Source: Acidobacteriota bacterium (lineage in GTDB: Bacteria > Acidobacteriota > Vicinamibacteria > Vicinamibacterales > Fen-181). From it: a DNA stretch of 64,000 nt. Where the stretch lies: positions 7,655 to 71,654 of the forward strand of contig JANYLG010000091.1 of NCBI GenBank assembly GCA_025363775.1, given 5' to 3'. The notes under the pieces are model-generated. The model worked only from the letters and a program-made list of their open reading frames with translations. It had not been told where the DNA came from and ran no database searches. Shown piece after piece: positions 38,240 through 48,640 of the stretch (position 1 is the stretch's first letter; each line of letters starts with the position of its first letter). A program made the translations under genes and the position numbers.

Positions 38240-41200
38240 TCACGGTGTTCTGGAGGCTGGCCGCCGCCGGCTGTCGGCTTCACCTCGAAGTGCCACTTCC
38301 AGATCTCGAAGACGGCCGGGTAGACGATCAACTCGAGCAGGAACGACGTGAAGACGCCCCCGATCATCGGCGCGGCAATCCGCTTCCAGACGTCCGACCC
38401 GGTCCCCGTCGCCCACATGATCGGGAAGAAGCCGAGGAACGTGGTCGCCACCGTCATGAACTTCGGCCGCAGGCGCTTGGCCGCGCCGTGGACGATCGCC
38501 TCCTGCAACTCGGCGAGTGACCTCAGCCGGCCGTCCTTCTTCGCCTGCTCATACGACAACTCGAGGTAGAGCAGCATGAACACGCCGGTCTCGGCATCGA
38601 CCCCGAGCAGGGCGATCAGGCCCACCCACACGGCGATGCTCATGTTGTACCCGAGCAGATACAGGTACCAGACCGCCCCGATCGCCGAGAACGGCACCGC
38701 GAGCAACACGATCGCCGTCCTGACGACCGACCGCGTGTTGAGGTACAGGAGCAGCAGGACGAGGAACAGCGTGAGCGGGATGACGTAGGTCAGGCGCTCG
38801 CGTACCCGCGCCATCGCCTCGTACTGACCGCTCCACAACGCCACGTAGCCCACCGGCATCTTCACCTTCTGGCGAATCAGCCGGTCGGCTTCATCGACGT
38901 AGCTGCTCAGGTCGCGACCCGCCACGTCCACGAAGACGTACCCGGTGAGGAGGCCGTCCTCGTTCCGCACCATCGCCGGCCCGCTGGCCACCTTGATCTT
39001 CGCGAGCTGGCCGAGCGGGATCTGGCGCTGGCCGCCGGACGCCGAGACGAGCACCCGGCCGAGCGCGTCGAAGTCGGACCGGAAATCGCGCATGTAGCGG
39101 ACGTTCACGGGATATCGCTCCCGTCCCTCGACGGTTGTCGTCACGTTCTCGCCGCCGATGGCGTTTTGCACGACCGCCTGCGCCTCGTCGATGCTCAGGC
39201 CGTAGCGCGCCAGTTCGTCGCGATTCCACTCGATGTCCAGGAAGAAGCCGCCGCCCGTGCGCTCGGCGAAGACGTTGCGCGTGCCGCGCACCGATGGGAG
39301 CACCGCCTCGATCTCGGTGCCAATCGCCTCGATGACTCCGAGATCCGCGCCGGAAATCTTGAGCCCGACCGGCGTCCGGATGCCGGTCGACAGCATGTCG
39401 ATCCGGGCCTTGATGGGCATCGTCCAGGCGTTGGAGACGCCGGGCAGCTCGAGCGCCTGGTTCAACTCGTCGACCAGTCCCTCCTGGGAGATCTGATCCG
39501 GCGTGATGTGCCGAAGGCCGCCCTGGAGCCACTCCGGCGCAGCCGGAGTACCACGTCTTCACGCGCCGCCACTCGCTCTTCGGTTTCAGCGTGATGACGG
39601 TTTCCAGCATCGACAACGGCGCGGGATCGGTGCTCGTCTCCGCGCGCCCGGCCTTCCCCAGCACCCGATCCACTTCGGGAAACTGCTTGATGATCCGGTT
39701 GCTCACCTGGAGCAGCTTCTGCGCCTCGGTGATCGAAATGCCAGGCATCGTCGAGGGCATGTAGAACAGCGCGCCCTCGTCGAGGGGGGGCATGAACTCC
39801 GATCCAAGATGTGTGAACACCGGCACCGTGATCACGATCAGCGCCACGGCGCAGCCGATGACCGTCCACTTCCAGCGGAGCGACCAGCGCACGACCGGCT
39901 CGTAGATCCGGATCAGCACGCGGCTGACCGGATGCTCGTTCTCCGAACGAATCCGGCCGACCAGCACGGCGTTGGTGACGCGGCACAGCCACGCGGGTTG
40001 GAAGCGGTAGCGGCGCAGCCGCGTGAACACCATGCGCAGCGCCGGATCGAGCGTGATCGCGAGCACGGCTGCCACCATCATCGCCAGCGATTTCGTGTAG
40101 GCGAGCGGCTTGAACAGCCGGCCTTCCTGCGCCTCGAGCGTGAGGACCGGCAGGAACGAGACGGCGATGACCAGCAGCGCGTAGAAGCTGGCGGGCGCCA
40201 CCTCCTTGACGGCCTCGACCACCACGGCCTGGTAGTCCGCCACCGAACCGGTCCGACCCCGCTCCTCGAGCTTCTTGTGCGTCTGCTCGACGACGACGAT
40301 GGCCGCGTCCACCAGTTCGCCCATCGCGATGGCAATCCCGCCGAGCGACATGATGTTCGCGCTGATCCCCAGCGCCCGGAACGGGATGAACGCCACCAGC
40401 ACCGCGACGGGGATCGTGATGATCGGGATGATCGCGCTCGGGATGTGCAGCAGGAACAGCAGGACGATGAACACCACCATGAGCACGACCTCGACCAGCG
40501 TCTCGCTCACGTTGCCGATCGCGCGGCGGATCAGGTCGGAGCGGTCGTAGATCGGGACGATCTTCAAGCCCGGGGGCAGGCCCGGCTCGATCTGCTTGAT
40601 CTTCTCCTTGACCCGGTCGATGACGTCCAGCGCGTTCTGGCCCTGGCGCATCACCACGATGCCGGAGACCGCTTCGCCCGTGCCGTCCAGGTCGGTGACT
40701 CCGCGACGGAGGTCGGGACCGACGACGACCTGTCCTATGTCGCGGATACGAATCGGCGTGCCGCTCTCGCTGGCCGACACGACGATGCTCTCGAAGTCGG
40801 CGATCGAGCGGGCGTAGCCGCGCCCCCGGACCATGTACTCGGTCCCGCCGAACTCGATCAGACGCCCGCCCGTCTCGGCGTTGCCGCCCCGGACGGCTTC
40901 GACCACGCGCTGGATCGAGAGCCCGTAGTTGCGGAGCCGGTTCGGATCGACGTTCACCTGGTACTGCCGCCCGAAACCGCCCACGGAGGCGACTTCCGAC
41001 ACACCCGGCACCGCCTTCAGGTAGTAGCGCAGGTACCAGTCCTGGTACGAACGGATATCCGCGAGGGACCGTTGCCCGGAGGTGTCCACGAGGGCGTACT
41101 GAAAGACCCAGCCGAGGCCCGTCGCGTCAGGACCCAGTTCGGTCTTCGCGTCCTGCGGGAGCCGCGACAGGACACCCGAGAGGTACTCGAGGGTCCGGGT

Positions 41201-41518
41201 GCGAGCCCAGTAGACGTCGGTGCCGTCCTCGAAGATGACGTACACGAACGAGTAGCCGAAGTCGGAGAACCCGCGCACGGCCCGGACGCGAGGGGCGCCG
41301 ACCATCGCGCTGACGATCGGGTATGTGACCTGCGCATCGACGACATCGGGACTGCGGTCCCACCTGGAGTAGATGATGACCTGCGTGTCACTGAGGTCGG
41401 GGATCGCGTCGACCGGGACGCTCTTCAGGGACCAGGCGCCGACGAGGGCCGCGGCCGCGGTCAAGAGCAGGACGAGGTACCTGTGCCTGACCGAGAAGTC
41501 GATGATGCGATCGAGCAT
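38197..41518 (-). pseudogene. cusA: CusA/CzcA-type heavy-metal RND efflux pump, interrupted by a 1-nt frameshift near 39540
   Basis: ORF 38891..41518 is RND-like up to ..LKPKSEWRRVKTWYS and then turns Arg/Gly-rich. ORF 38197..39465 continues in another frame (..APEWLQGGLRHITPDQISQEGLVDELNQALELPGVSNAWTMPIKARIDMLSTGIRTPVGLKISG... to ..VFEIWKWH). Removing one nt in tggtactccggcTgcgccggagtgg joins the two parts. Confidence 0.8.
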
Positions 41519-41563
41519 GGATCACTGATCCGGAAATGGGCGGTGTCGTGCGAGCACGGCTCT

Positions 41564-43000
41564 TCAGCCCTTCGTGCCGGTGCTCGCGATGTACTTCCCG
41601 GGCTCCTTCGCGAACTTCGTCTTGCACTCGTCCGAACAGAAAGAGTAGGTCGTTCCCCCGTGGTCGAGCGTGCGATGGGCGGCAGCCGCGCGCTTCGCGT
41701 CCACGTTCATGCCGCAGACCGGGTCCGTCGCCGAGGCGCTGAGCATGCCCGCCGCCGCGGCCTTCATCCTGCTCTCGGAGTCGATGAGGAAGGTGCCCGA
41801 TATGACGATCTGTTCCCCGGCCATCAACCCCTTCACGATTTCCACCTGCCCCCCGAGGCGCCATCCCGTCTCGACCTGGCGCGGCTCGAAGAAGCCTCGA
41901 CCGCGGTCCACGAAGACCGTCTTTTTGAGGCCCGTGTCCACGATCGCGTCCGCGGGCACGGCCAGGCTGGCCGGTAACTCGATGGCGAACTCGACGTCCA
42001 CGAACATCCCGGGCTTGAGCGTGAAGCCAGGGTTGTCGGTGTCCAGCCTGATCTTGAGCGTGCGCGTCACTTCGTCGAAGATCGGCTCCGCGCCGCTGAC
42101 CCTGGCTTGGAAGACGCGGTTCTGGTCGTGGGAGGTGACGGTGGCTTTCGATCCGGCACGGACGAATGGGAGCTGGTTCTCGTAGATGTCGGCGAGGATC
42201 CACACCTGGCGGAGATCGGCGATGCGGTAGAACTGGAACCCGCGGCTGAAGCGGAGGCCGGCCGAGGCGTTGCGCTCGAGGACGAAGCCGTCCACCGGCG
42301 AGACGATTTGAATGTCCTGCGTGAGATCCCGCTTGGCCCGCATCCCCTGGAGCTGCACCTCGGAGACCCCGAGGTTCCGCAGAATGCTCGCGAACCGCTC
42401 GACGCCATCGACCGCTCGCGTCTGGTTGAAGGCCTGGCGCTGCTCGCTCGAGATCTGGCCGAACGTGTCGAGCGCGAGGTAGTACGACTGCAGCGCGACG
42501 AGGAATTCAGAGGAGTAGAACGAGAGCAGAACCTCATTTCGCTTCACGAGGGATCCGGTCGTGGCCCCGCGCACCTCGCGGATCCAGCCCTCTGCGCCGG
42601 CGACCAGTGGATACACGGCGTTCTCGTTTGGCGCCACCCGCCCCGTCGTTCGCAGCGGCCGCGTGCCGGACAGGCGTTCCACGGCACCCAGCCGCACGCC
42701 GATGGTCTGCTGGCGATCCGGGCTCACATGCACCGATCCGACAGGTGGTGATGAGCCGTCACCGCGCGGAAGGGGCTTTCCGTCGCTGCCTGCGTACACC
42801 GGCTCGAGGCGCATCCCACAGGACGGGCAGTCTCCGGCCCGGTCGGAGTGATACTGCGGATGCATCGGGCAGGCGTAGTGGAGGACCGTCTGCTGGTGGG
42901 TCGTCGGCGCCGCGGAGGAGTGGCCGGTCCACCAAGCCCCCGCCATGAAGGACGTCGCCGCGAACAGGAGAGCAAGGACGAGATATCGGATGAGCTTCAT
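41564..43000 (-). CDS. cusB: RND efflux periplasmic adaptor (CusB-like) with extra metal-binding modules at both ends
   Basis: I start the ORF 41564..43105 at the ATG at 43000 (MKLIRYLVLALLFAATSF). The N-terminus has YACPMHPQYHSDRAGDCPSCGMRLEP. The C-terminus has a YHS/TRASH-like DPVCGMNV...YSFCSDECKTKFAKEPGKY. The core is a membrane-fusion-protein fold. Confidence 0.85.
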   Translation of the reverse strand: MKLIRYLVLALLFAATSFMAGAWWTGHSSAAPTTHQQTVLHYACPMHPQYHSDRAGDCPSCGMRLEPVYAGSDGKPLPRGDGSSPPVGSVHVSPDRQQTIGVRLGAVERLSGTRPLRTTGRVAPNENAVYPLVAGAEGWIREVRGATTGSLVKRNEVLLSFYSSEFLVALQSYYLALDTFGQISSEQRQAFNQTRAVDGVERFASILRNLGVSEVQLQGMRAKRDLTQDIQIVSPVDGFVLERNASAGLRFSRGFQFYRIADLRQVWILADIYENQLPFVRAGSKATVTSHDQNRVFQARVSGAEPIFDEVTRTLKIRLDTDNPGFTLKPGMFVDVEFAIELPASLAVPADAIVDTGLKKTVFVDRGRGFFEPRQVETGWRLGGQVEIVKGLMAGEQIVISGTFLIDSESRMKAAAAGMLSASATDPVCGMNVDAKRAAAAHRTLDHGGTTYSFCSDECKTKFAKEPGKYIASTGTKG

Positions 43001-43351
43001 GGGTGTCTGGCCTGTCCAATACCGCAGGACGATTGAACGGCGGGTCCAGCGGCATTGGTCGCGCTCGGCCAGACTCCCGCGTAAGGCCGCCGACCGCAGG
43101 GCCACCCTCAGCAGGGCGTGCGACGTATCACTGGTCCTGGCGTTCGGGGTCGCTGCCCGTGCGCTGGGTCGCCGTCGACCGAACCATTGATTTTATCACG
43201 CAGTTCGCGCCCTGGAACCGTGCCGGCGAGAACCCGAGAAACTCGTACGCGTCGATCGTCGCTGCCGCGACGCGCGGACCGCCGGCAACGGCATCTCTTC
43301 GCGAGTCAGCGAGCTTGACGCCGAGGCCCTGTTTGGGTAATCACTATCTCG

Positions 43352-45199
43352 ATGAGCGAACGACTTCATTTCCAGGCAGAGATCCAGCAACTGCTGGACA
43401 TCGTCATCCACTCCCTCTACACGGACCGCGAGATCTTCATCCGCGAACTCGTGTCCAACGGCGCAGACGCCTGTGAACGGCTCCGGTTTCTCCAAAGCTC
43501 CGGGCAGGCTGTTCTCCAGCCGGATGTGGAGCCGTGCATCTCGGTCAGGGCCGATGAGCAGGAGCACACGGTCACCGTCGCCGACACGGGCGTCGGCATG
43601 ACCCGCGCCGAACTCGTCGAGAACCTCGGCACGATCGCTCACTCGGGAACCAGGGCCTTCCTGCAACAACTCGCCGAGGAGAAGAGGCCGGACGCGAAGC
43701 TGATCGGGCAGTTCGGCGTGGGCTTCTACTCGGCGTTCATGGTGGCGTCACGGGTGACGGTGCTGAGCCGGTCCGGCGTGCCCGGCGAGTCGGGCTGGCG
43801 GTGGACCAGCGAAGGGGCCGGCGGCTACGACATCGAGCCGGCCGACGACCTCCCTCGCGGCACGCAGGTCATCGTCCACCTGAAAGACGACGCCCGGGAG
43901 TTTGCCAGGGGGGACACGGTCAAGCGCGTGCTCCAGCGCTACTCGAGCTTCGTGCAGTTTCCCCTCGAGCTGAACGGCTCCCGGCTGAACTCGGTGCAGG
44001 CCATCTGGAGCAGACCGAAGGGCGAGGTCAAAGAGGACGAGTACCACGAGTTCTACCGATACCTCGGCCACGACGCCGAGGTCCCCCTGCTGCGCCTCCA
44101 CTTTACTGTCGACGCCCCGCTGTCGATCCAGGCGCTGCTGTTCGTCCCGCAGAGCAACTGGGAGAACCTGGGCCTGGGCCGCACTGAACCGGGCGTGAAC
44201 CTCTACTGCCGCAAGGTGCTCATCCAGTCGCATGCCAAGAACCTGCTGCCCGACTGGCTGCGCTTTCTCAAGGGCGTGGTTGACAGTGAGGACCTTCCGC
44301 TCAACATCTCGCGCGAGACGATGCAGGACTCCGCGCTGATGCAGAAGATCAACAAGGTGCTGGCCGGCCGCTTCCTGAAGTTCCTGGAGGACACCTCGGA
44401 GAAGGACGCCGGCGCCTACGAGAAGTTCTACGCCGAGTACCAGCGGTTCCTGAAGGAAGGCGTTGCCACCGATTTTCAGCACCGGGAGTCGCTCGGAAAG
44501 CTGCTGCGCTTCGAATCCTCCGCGCGGGAGCAAGGCAAGGTGACGTCGCTCGCCGACTATGTGGCGCGGATGGCCCCGGACCAGAAGGAGATGTACTACC
44601 TCCTGGCGCCGACGCGCGACGCGGCGGAGGCCAGCCCCTATTTCGAGGTCTTCAAGGCGCGCGGCTTCGAGGTGCTCTTCCTCTACGACCCCTGGGATGA
44701 GTTCGTCATGGAGCACCTGCACGCCTTCGCCGACAAAGACCTGCGTCCGGCCGAGAAGACGGATCTGGAGCTGGGCGACAAGGCGAGCCAGCAGGGCGGG
44801 CTGTCAGACGACGACGCCAGCGGCCTCGTCAAATGGTTGAAGGAAAAGCTGGGCGACCGGGTGAACGACGTGCGCGTGTCGAAGCGGTTGGTGGACAGCC
44901 CGGCCGTGACCCTGGAGTCCGATCAGGTGCTGACCTCCAGCATGAGGAAGATCCTCCAGGCGGTGAAGCGGGAGGGAGATGGCCCGGCCGGGGCGAAGCC
45001 GGACCTCGAGATCAACCCGAGGCACGCGATCATCACCCGCCTGGAAGCGGTGCGGCACGTGGACGAAGGGCTGGCCGCGATGGTGGGCGAGCAGGTGTTC
45101 GACAACGCCCGCGTGGCCGCCGGCCTGCTGGACGACCCGCGCAAGATGCTCGAGCGGCTCAACAACCTGCTCGAGCGGATGCTGGCGGCCAGGGGCTGA
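43352..45199 (+). CDS. htpG: Molecular chaperone HtpG (Hsp90)
   Basis: 615-aa ORF. FQAEIQQLLDIVIHSLYTDREIFIRELVSNGADA is the Hsp90 N-terminal ATPase signature, and GQFGVGFYSAFMVA is also present. Confidence 0.95.
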   Translation: MSERLHFQAEIQQLLDIVIHSLYTDREIFIRELVSNGADACERLRFLQSSGQAVLQPDVEPCISVRADEQEHTVTVADTGVGMTRAELVENLGTIAHSGTRAFLQQLAEEKRPDAKLIGQFGVGFYSAFMVASRVTVLSRSGVPGESGWRWTSEGAGGYDIEPADDLPRGTQVIVHLKDDAREFARGDTVKRVLQRYSSFVQFPLELNGSRLNSVQAIWSRPKGEVKEDEYHEFYRYLGHDAEVPLLRLHFTVDAPLSIQALLFVPQSNWENLGLGRTEPGVNLYCRKVLIQSHAKNLLPDWLRFLKGVVDSEDLPLNISRETMQDSALMQKINKVLAGRFLKFLEDTSEKDAGAYEKFYAEYQRFLKEGVATDFQHRESLGKLLRFESSAREQGKVTSLADYVARMAPDQKEMYYLLAPTRDAAEASPYFEVFKARGFEVLFLYDPWDEFVMEHLHAFADKDLRPAEKTDLELGDKASQQGGLSDDDASGLVKWLKEKLGDRVNDVRVSKRLVDSPAVTLESDQVLTSSMRKILQAVKREGDGPAGAKPDLEINPRHAIITRLEAVRHVDEGLAAMVGEQVFDNARVAAGLLDDPRKMLERLNNLLERMLAARG

Positions 45200-45265
45200 G
45201 CCCTTTATCTCATCCTTGGAAGATGTCCAGGTCAGTCCGGAGAGCACACTCACTGAGGAGTTACC

Positions 45266-46684
45266 GTGGCGAATGAGTACGACGTCGTGGTGGTCGGTGC
45301 GGGCACTGGTGGCTACCCGGCGGCCATCCGGGCCGCGCAGCTCGGGCTGCGCGTGGCGGTGGTCGAGAAGCAGAAGGCCCTCGGCGGAACCTGCCTGATC
45401 TGGGGCTGCATCCCGACCAAGGCGCTGCTCGAGCATGCGCACGCCCTGAAGGTCGCGCGGGACGCGAAGGAGTGGGGGCTGTCGATCGACGGCCCGTCCG
45501 TGCGCATCGACATGAAGCAGGTGCAGGCGCGGAAGGACAAGGTCGTCACCACCCTCACCAAGGGCGTCGAGTTCCTCTTTCGCAAGAACAAGATCGACTG
45601 GATCAAGGGCACGGCGCGGTTGACCGGCAACCTTGACGTCGAGGTGACCGGCGAGCAGGCCCAGACGCTTCACGCCTCGAAGGAGATCATCGTGGCGACC
45701 GGGTCGCAGCCGCGCAGCGTGCCCGGCGTCGAGATCGACCGCAAGCGGATCATCACGAGCGATGAGGCGATCGCGCTCGGCGAGGTGCCAAAGTCGATCG
45801 TGGTCCTCGGCGCGGGCGCCGTCGGCGTCGAATTCGGATCGATCTTCCGCAGCTTCGGCAGCGACGTCACGGTGATCGAGCTGCTGCCGCGCCTGGTGCC
45901 GGTGGAGGACGACGCGGTGTCGGCCGAACTCCAGAAGGCGTTCAAGAAACGCGGCATCAAGACGCACACCGAATCGAAGGTCACGAGCGCGACGTCCACG
46001 GCCGACGGCGTGGACCTCGACGTGCAGCTGGCAGACGGCAGGATGGAGAAGCTCCACGCCGACTACCTGCTGGTCGCCACCGGGCGCGGACCGGTCACCG
46101 AGGGACTGGGCGCCGAGGAGGCGGGCCTGAAGTTCGACCGTGGCTACATCGTGGTGGACGAGTTCTACCGGACGGGCGTGCCCGGCATCTCGGCCGTCGG
46201 CGACGTGATCTCGTTTGGAAAGCCGGGACATCCGCAACTGGCGCACGTCGCCACGGCGGAGGGGATCGCGGTGGCCGAGCGGATCGCCGGCCAGGAGGCG
46301 CGCACAATCAACTACGACCAGGTGCCCGGGTGCACCTTCTGCGACCCGGAGATCGGCAGCATCGGCCTGACCGAGCAGAAGGCCAGGGAGCGCGGCTACG
46401 ACGTCGCGGTTGGCACCTTCCCGTTCATGGCGCTCGGTCGCGCGAAGATCGCCGGCGAGATCGAGGGGTTCGTGAAGATCGTGGCCGACAAGAAGTACGA
46501 CGAGTTGCTTGGCGTGCACATCATCGGACCGCGCGCCACCGACCTGATCGCGGAAGCATCCGTCGCCCTGCGCCTCGAGTGCACGGTCGAGGAGCTGATC
46601 CGCACGATACACGCGCATCCGACCTTCGCGGAGGCAGTCGGAGAGGCCGCCCACGCGATGCATGGGGGAGCGATTCACCTCTAG
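45266..46684 (+). CDS. lpdA: Dihydrolipoyl dehydrogenase (E3)
   Basis: 472-aa ORF with a GTG start after a GAGGAG site. It has VVVVGAGTGGYPAAIRAAQLG, the redox-active GGTCLIWGCIPTK motif and the C-terminal HAHPTFAE motif. Confidence 0.95.
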   Translation: MANEYDVVVVGAGTGGYPAAIRAAQLGLRVAVVEKQKALGGTCLIWGCIPTKALLEHAHALKVARDAKEWGLSIDGPSVRIDMKQVQARKDKVVTTLTKGVEFLFRKNKIDWIKGTARLTGNLDVEVTGEQAQTLHASKEIIVATGSQPRSVPGVEIDRKRIITSDEAIALGEVPKSIVVLGAGAVGVEFGSIFRSFGSDVTVIELLPRLVPVEDDAVSAELQKAFKKRGIKTHTESKVTSATSTADGVDLDVQLADGRMEKLHADYLLVATGRGPVTEGLGAEEAGLKFDRGYIVVDEFYRTGVPGISAVGDVISFGKPGHPQLAHVATAEGIAVAERIAGQEARTINYDQVPGCTFCDPEIGSIGLTEQKARERGYDVAVGTFPFMALGRAKIAGEIEGFVKIVADKKYDELLGVHIIGPRATDLIAEASVALRLECTVEELIRTIHAHPTFAEAVGEAAHAMHGGAIHL

Positions 46685-46701
46685 GTCCTAGGGCCGCGAT
46701 T

Positions 46702-47979
46702 ATGCCAACAAACGTCTTCATGCCGCAGATGGGCGAGTCGATTACCGAGGGCACGATTGTCCGGTGGGTCAAGAAGATCGGCGACCACGTCGATCGCGAC
46801 GAGCCGCTGTTCGAGATCTCGACCGACAAGGTGGATGCCGAGATCCCCTCCCCCGCAGCCGGAGTCCTCACCGAGATCCGCGCGAAGGAAGGTGAGACGG
46901 TTGCGGTGAACACCGTGGTGGCGATCATCGACGAGTCGCCGGGTGCAGTGGCTCCCGCGCCCGCGGCTCCGGGCACCGCGTCCGCACCCGCAGCGACGCC
47001 GGCGCCGAAGGACGCGCAGGCGGCGGCTCCTCCGCCCTCAGGCAGCGGGCCGGTGCCGCCCGCGGCCGAGTCGCTCTCGAGCGATGACCTGCGGCGCCAG
47101 AAATCGTCGCCCGTCGTTCGGCGAATCGCCGCCGAGCACGGCGTGGACATCACCCAGATCGACGGATCGGGAATCGCCGGCCGCGTGACCAAGCAGGACA
47201 TCCTGGAGTTCATCGACGAAGGCGGGAAGGCGGCCGCGTCCGCCCAGGCTCCATCGGCGCCCGCTCACGCGGGTCCTTCCCCGGTGCGGGCGGGCGACGA
47301 CGTGGTGCCGATGACGCTCATGCGCCGCCGCATCGCCGAGCACCTGATCGCCAGCCGCCGCACCTCGGCGCACGTGCACTCGGTCTTCGAGATCGATTTC
47401 TCGCGCGTGGCGAGGTTGCGGGACGCGAAGAAGGCCGAGTACGAGCGGGCGGGCGCCAAGCTGACCTACCTGCCCTTCATCGTGAAGGCCGTCGTCGCCG
47501 GCCTTCGCGCCGTCCCCGTCGTCAATGCGTCGATCGATGGCGACAACGTCATCTACCACAAGGACATCAACATCGGCATCGCCGTCGCTCTCGACTGGGG
47601 CCTGATCGTGCCCGTCGTGAAACAGGCTGACGAGAAGAGCATCCTCGGTCTGAGCCGCGCGATGCACGACCTCGCCAACCGCGCGCGCAGCAAGCAGTTG
47701 AAGCCGGATGAGGTACAGGGCGGCACGTTCACCATCACCAACCCCGGTGTGTTCGGCGCGCTGTTCGGCATGCCGATCATCAGCCAGCCTCAGGTGGCGA
47801 TCCTCGGCATCGGCGCCGTCGAGAAGCGCGTCGTGGTCGTGGACGACGCGATCGCGATCCGGGCGATGGCGTACCTGTCGCTCGGGTACGACCACCGCTT
47901 GATCGACGGGGCGGTCGCGGACCAGTTCATGTCGGTGGTGAAGAAGCAGATCGAGACGTTCGACCCGGCAGCGCTGTGA
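46702..47979 (+). CDS. 2-oxoacid dehydrogenase E2 (dihydrolipoamide acyltransferase), single lipoyl domain
   Basis: I start the ORF 46330..47979 at the ATG at 46702. It has a lipoyl domain (FEISTDKVDAEIPSP), an E3-binding domain (SPVVRRIAAEHGVDITQIDGSG) and the catalytic DHRLIDG motif. Confidence 0.9.
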   Translation: MPTNVFMPQMGESITEGTIVRWVKKIGDHVDRDEPLFEISTDKVDAEIPSPAAGVLTEIRAKEGETVAVNTVVAIIDESPGAVAPAPAAPGTASAPAATPAPKDAQAAAPPPSGSGPVPPAAESLSSDDLRRQKSSPVVRRIAAEHGVDITQIDGSGIAGRVTKQDILEFIDEGGKAAASAQAPSAPAHAGPSPVRAGDDVVPMTLMRRRIAEHLIASRRTSAHVHSVFEIDFSRVARLRDAKKAEYERAGAKLTYLPFIVKAVVAGLRAVPVVNASIDGDNVIYHKDINIGIAVALDWGLIVPVVKQADEKSILGLSRAMHDLANRARSKQLKPDEVQGGTFTITNPGVFGALFGMPIISQPQVAILGIGAVEKRVVVVDDAIAIRAMAYLSLGYDHRLIDGAVADQFMSVVKKQIETFDPAAL

Positions 47980-48620
47980 GAGATCTCGAAGTCAGACGGC
48001 TGGGACTGGTGCCTTACGGCGACGCGCTCGAGCTGCAGCGGGCGCTCGTCGAGCAACGGCGGGCGGGACGGGTGGGTGACGTCCTGCTACTGCTGGAACA
48101 CCCGCACGTGATGACTCTCGGCAGCCGACGCGACACCGCACGGTCCCACGTGCTCGCGTCGCTCGAGCATCTTGCGGAACTCGGGGTCGAGCTCTGCGAG
48201 ACAGGGCGGGGCGGAGACGTCACCTACCACGGCCCCGGCCAGCTCGTCGCCTACCCGATCCTCAATCTGAAGCCCGATCGCGCCGACGTCTACAACTACG
48301 TCCGCCACCTCGAAGACGTCATGATTCGCGTGTCGGCCGCGTTCGGGGTCGAAGCGGGGCGCCTCGAGGGGTTCACCGGCGCCTGGGTGGGCGACAGGAA
48401 GATCGGGGCGATCGGCGTCCGCATCTCGCGCTGGATCTCGAGCCACGGCTTCGCCTACAACGTCACCACCAACCTCGACTACTTCAACCTGATCGTGCCC
48501 TGCGGGATCCGAGACCACGGCGTCACGTCTCTGGCGCGCGAGCTGGGGAGGGACGTCGAGATGGCTGGCGTGGAGGAGGCCGTGGCCAACGCGTTCCGGG
48601 AAGTCGTCCAGGCAGGGTGA
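47976..48620 (+). CDS. lipB: Lipoyl(octanoyl) transferase LipB
   Basis: 214-aa ORF with a GTGA start/stop overlap with E2. Motifs include RGGDVTYHGPGQLVAYPIL and GAIGVRISRWISSHGFAYNV. Confidence 0.9.
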   Translation: MRDLEVRRLGLVPYGDALELQRALVEQRRAGRVGDVLLLLEHPHVMTLGSRRDTARSHVLASLEHLAELGVELCETGRGGDVTYHGPGQLVAYPILNLKPDRADVYNYVRHLEDVMIRVSAAFGVEAGRLEGFTGAWVGDRKIGAIGVRISRWISSHGFAYNVTTNLDYFNLIVPCGIRDHGVTSLARELGRDVEMAGVEEAVANAFREVVQAG

Positions 48621-48640
48621 GTCCCTGATATGGGACCTCA

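Noticed and set aside
43290-43351. A heat-shock (sigma-32-like) or sigma-70 promoter for htpG (TTGACG-N17-TAATCA just before the ATG).
   Set aside because: The match to the -10 consensus is poor. It would leave a leader of only a few nucleotides with no ribosome-binding site. Promoter consensus for this lineage is unknown to me.
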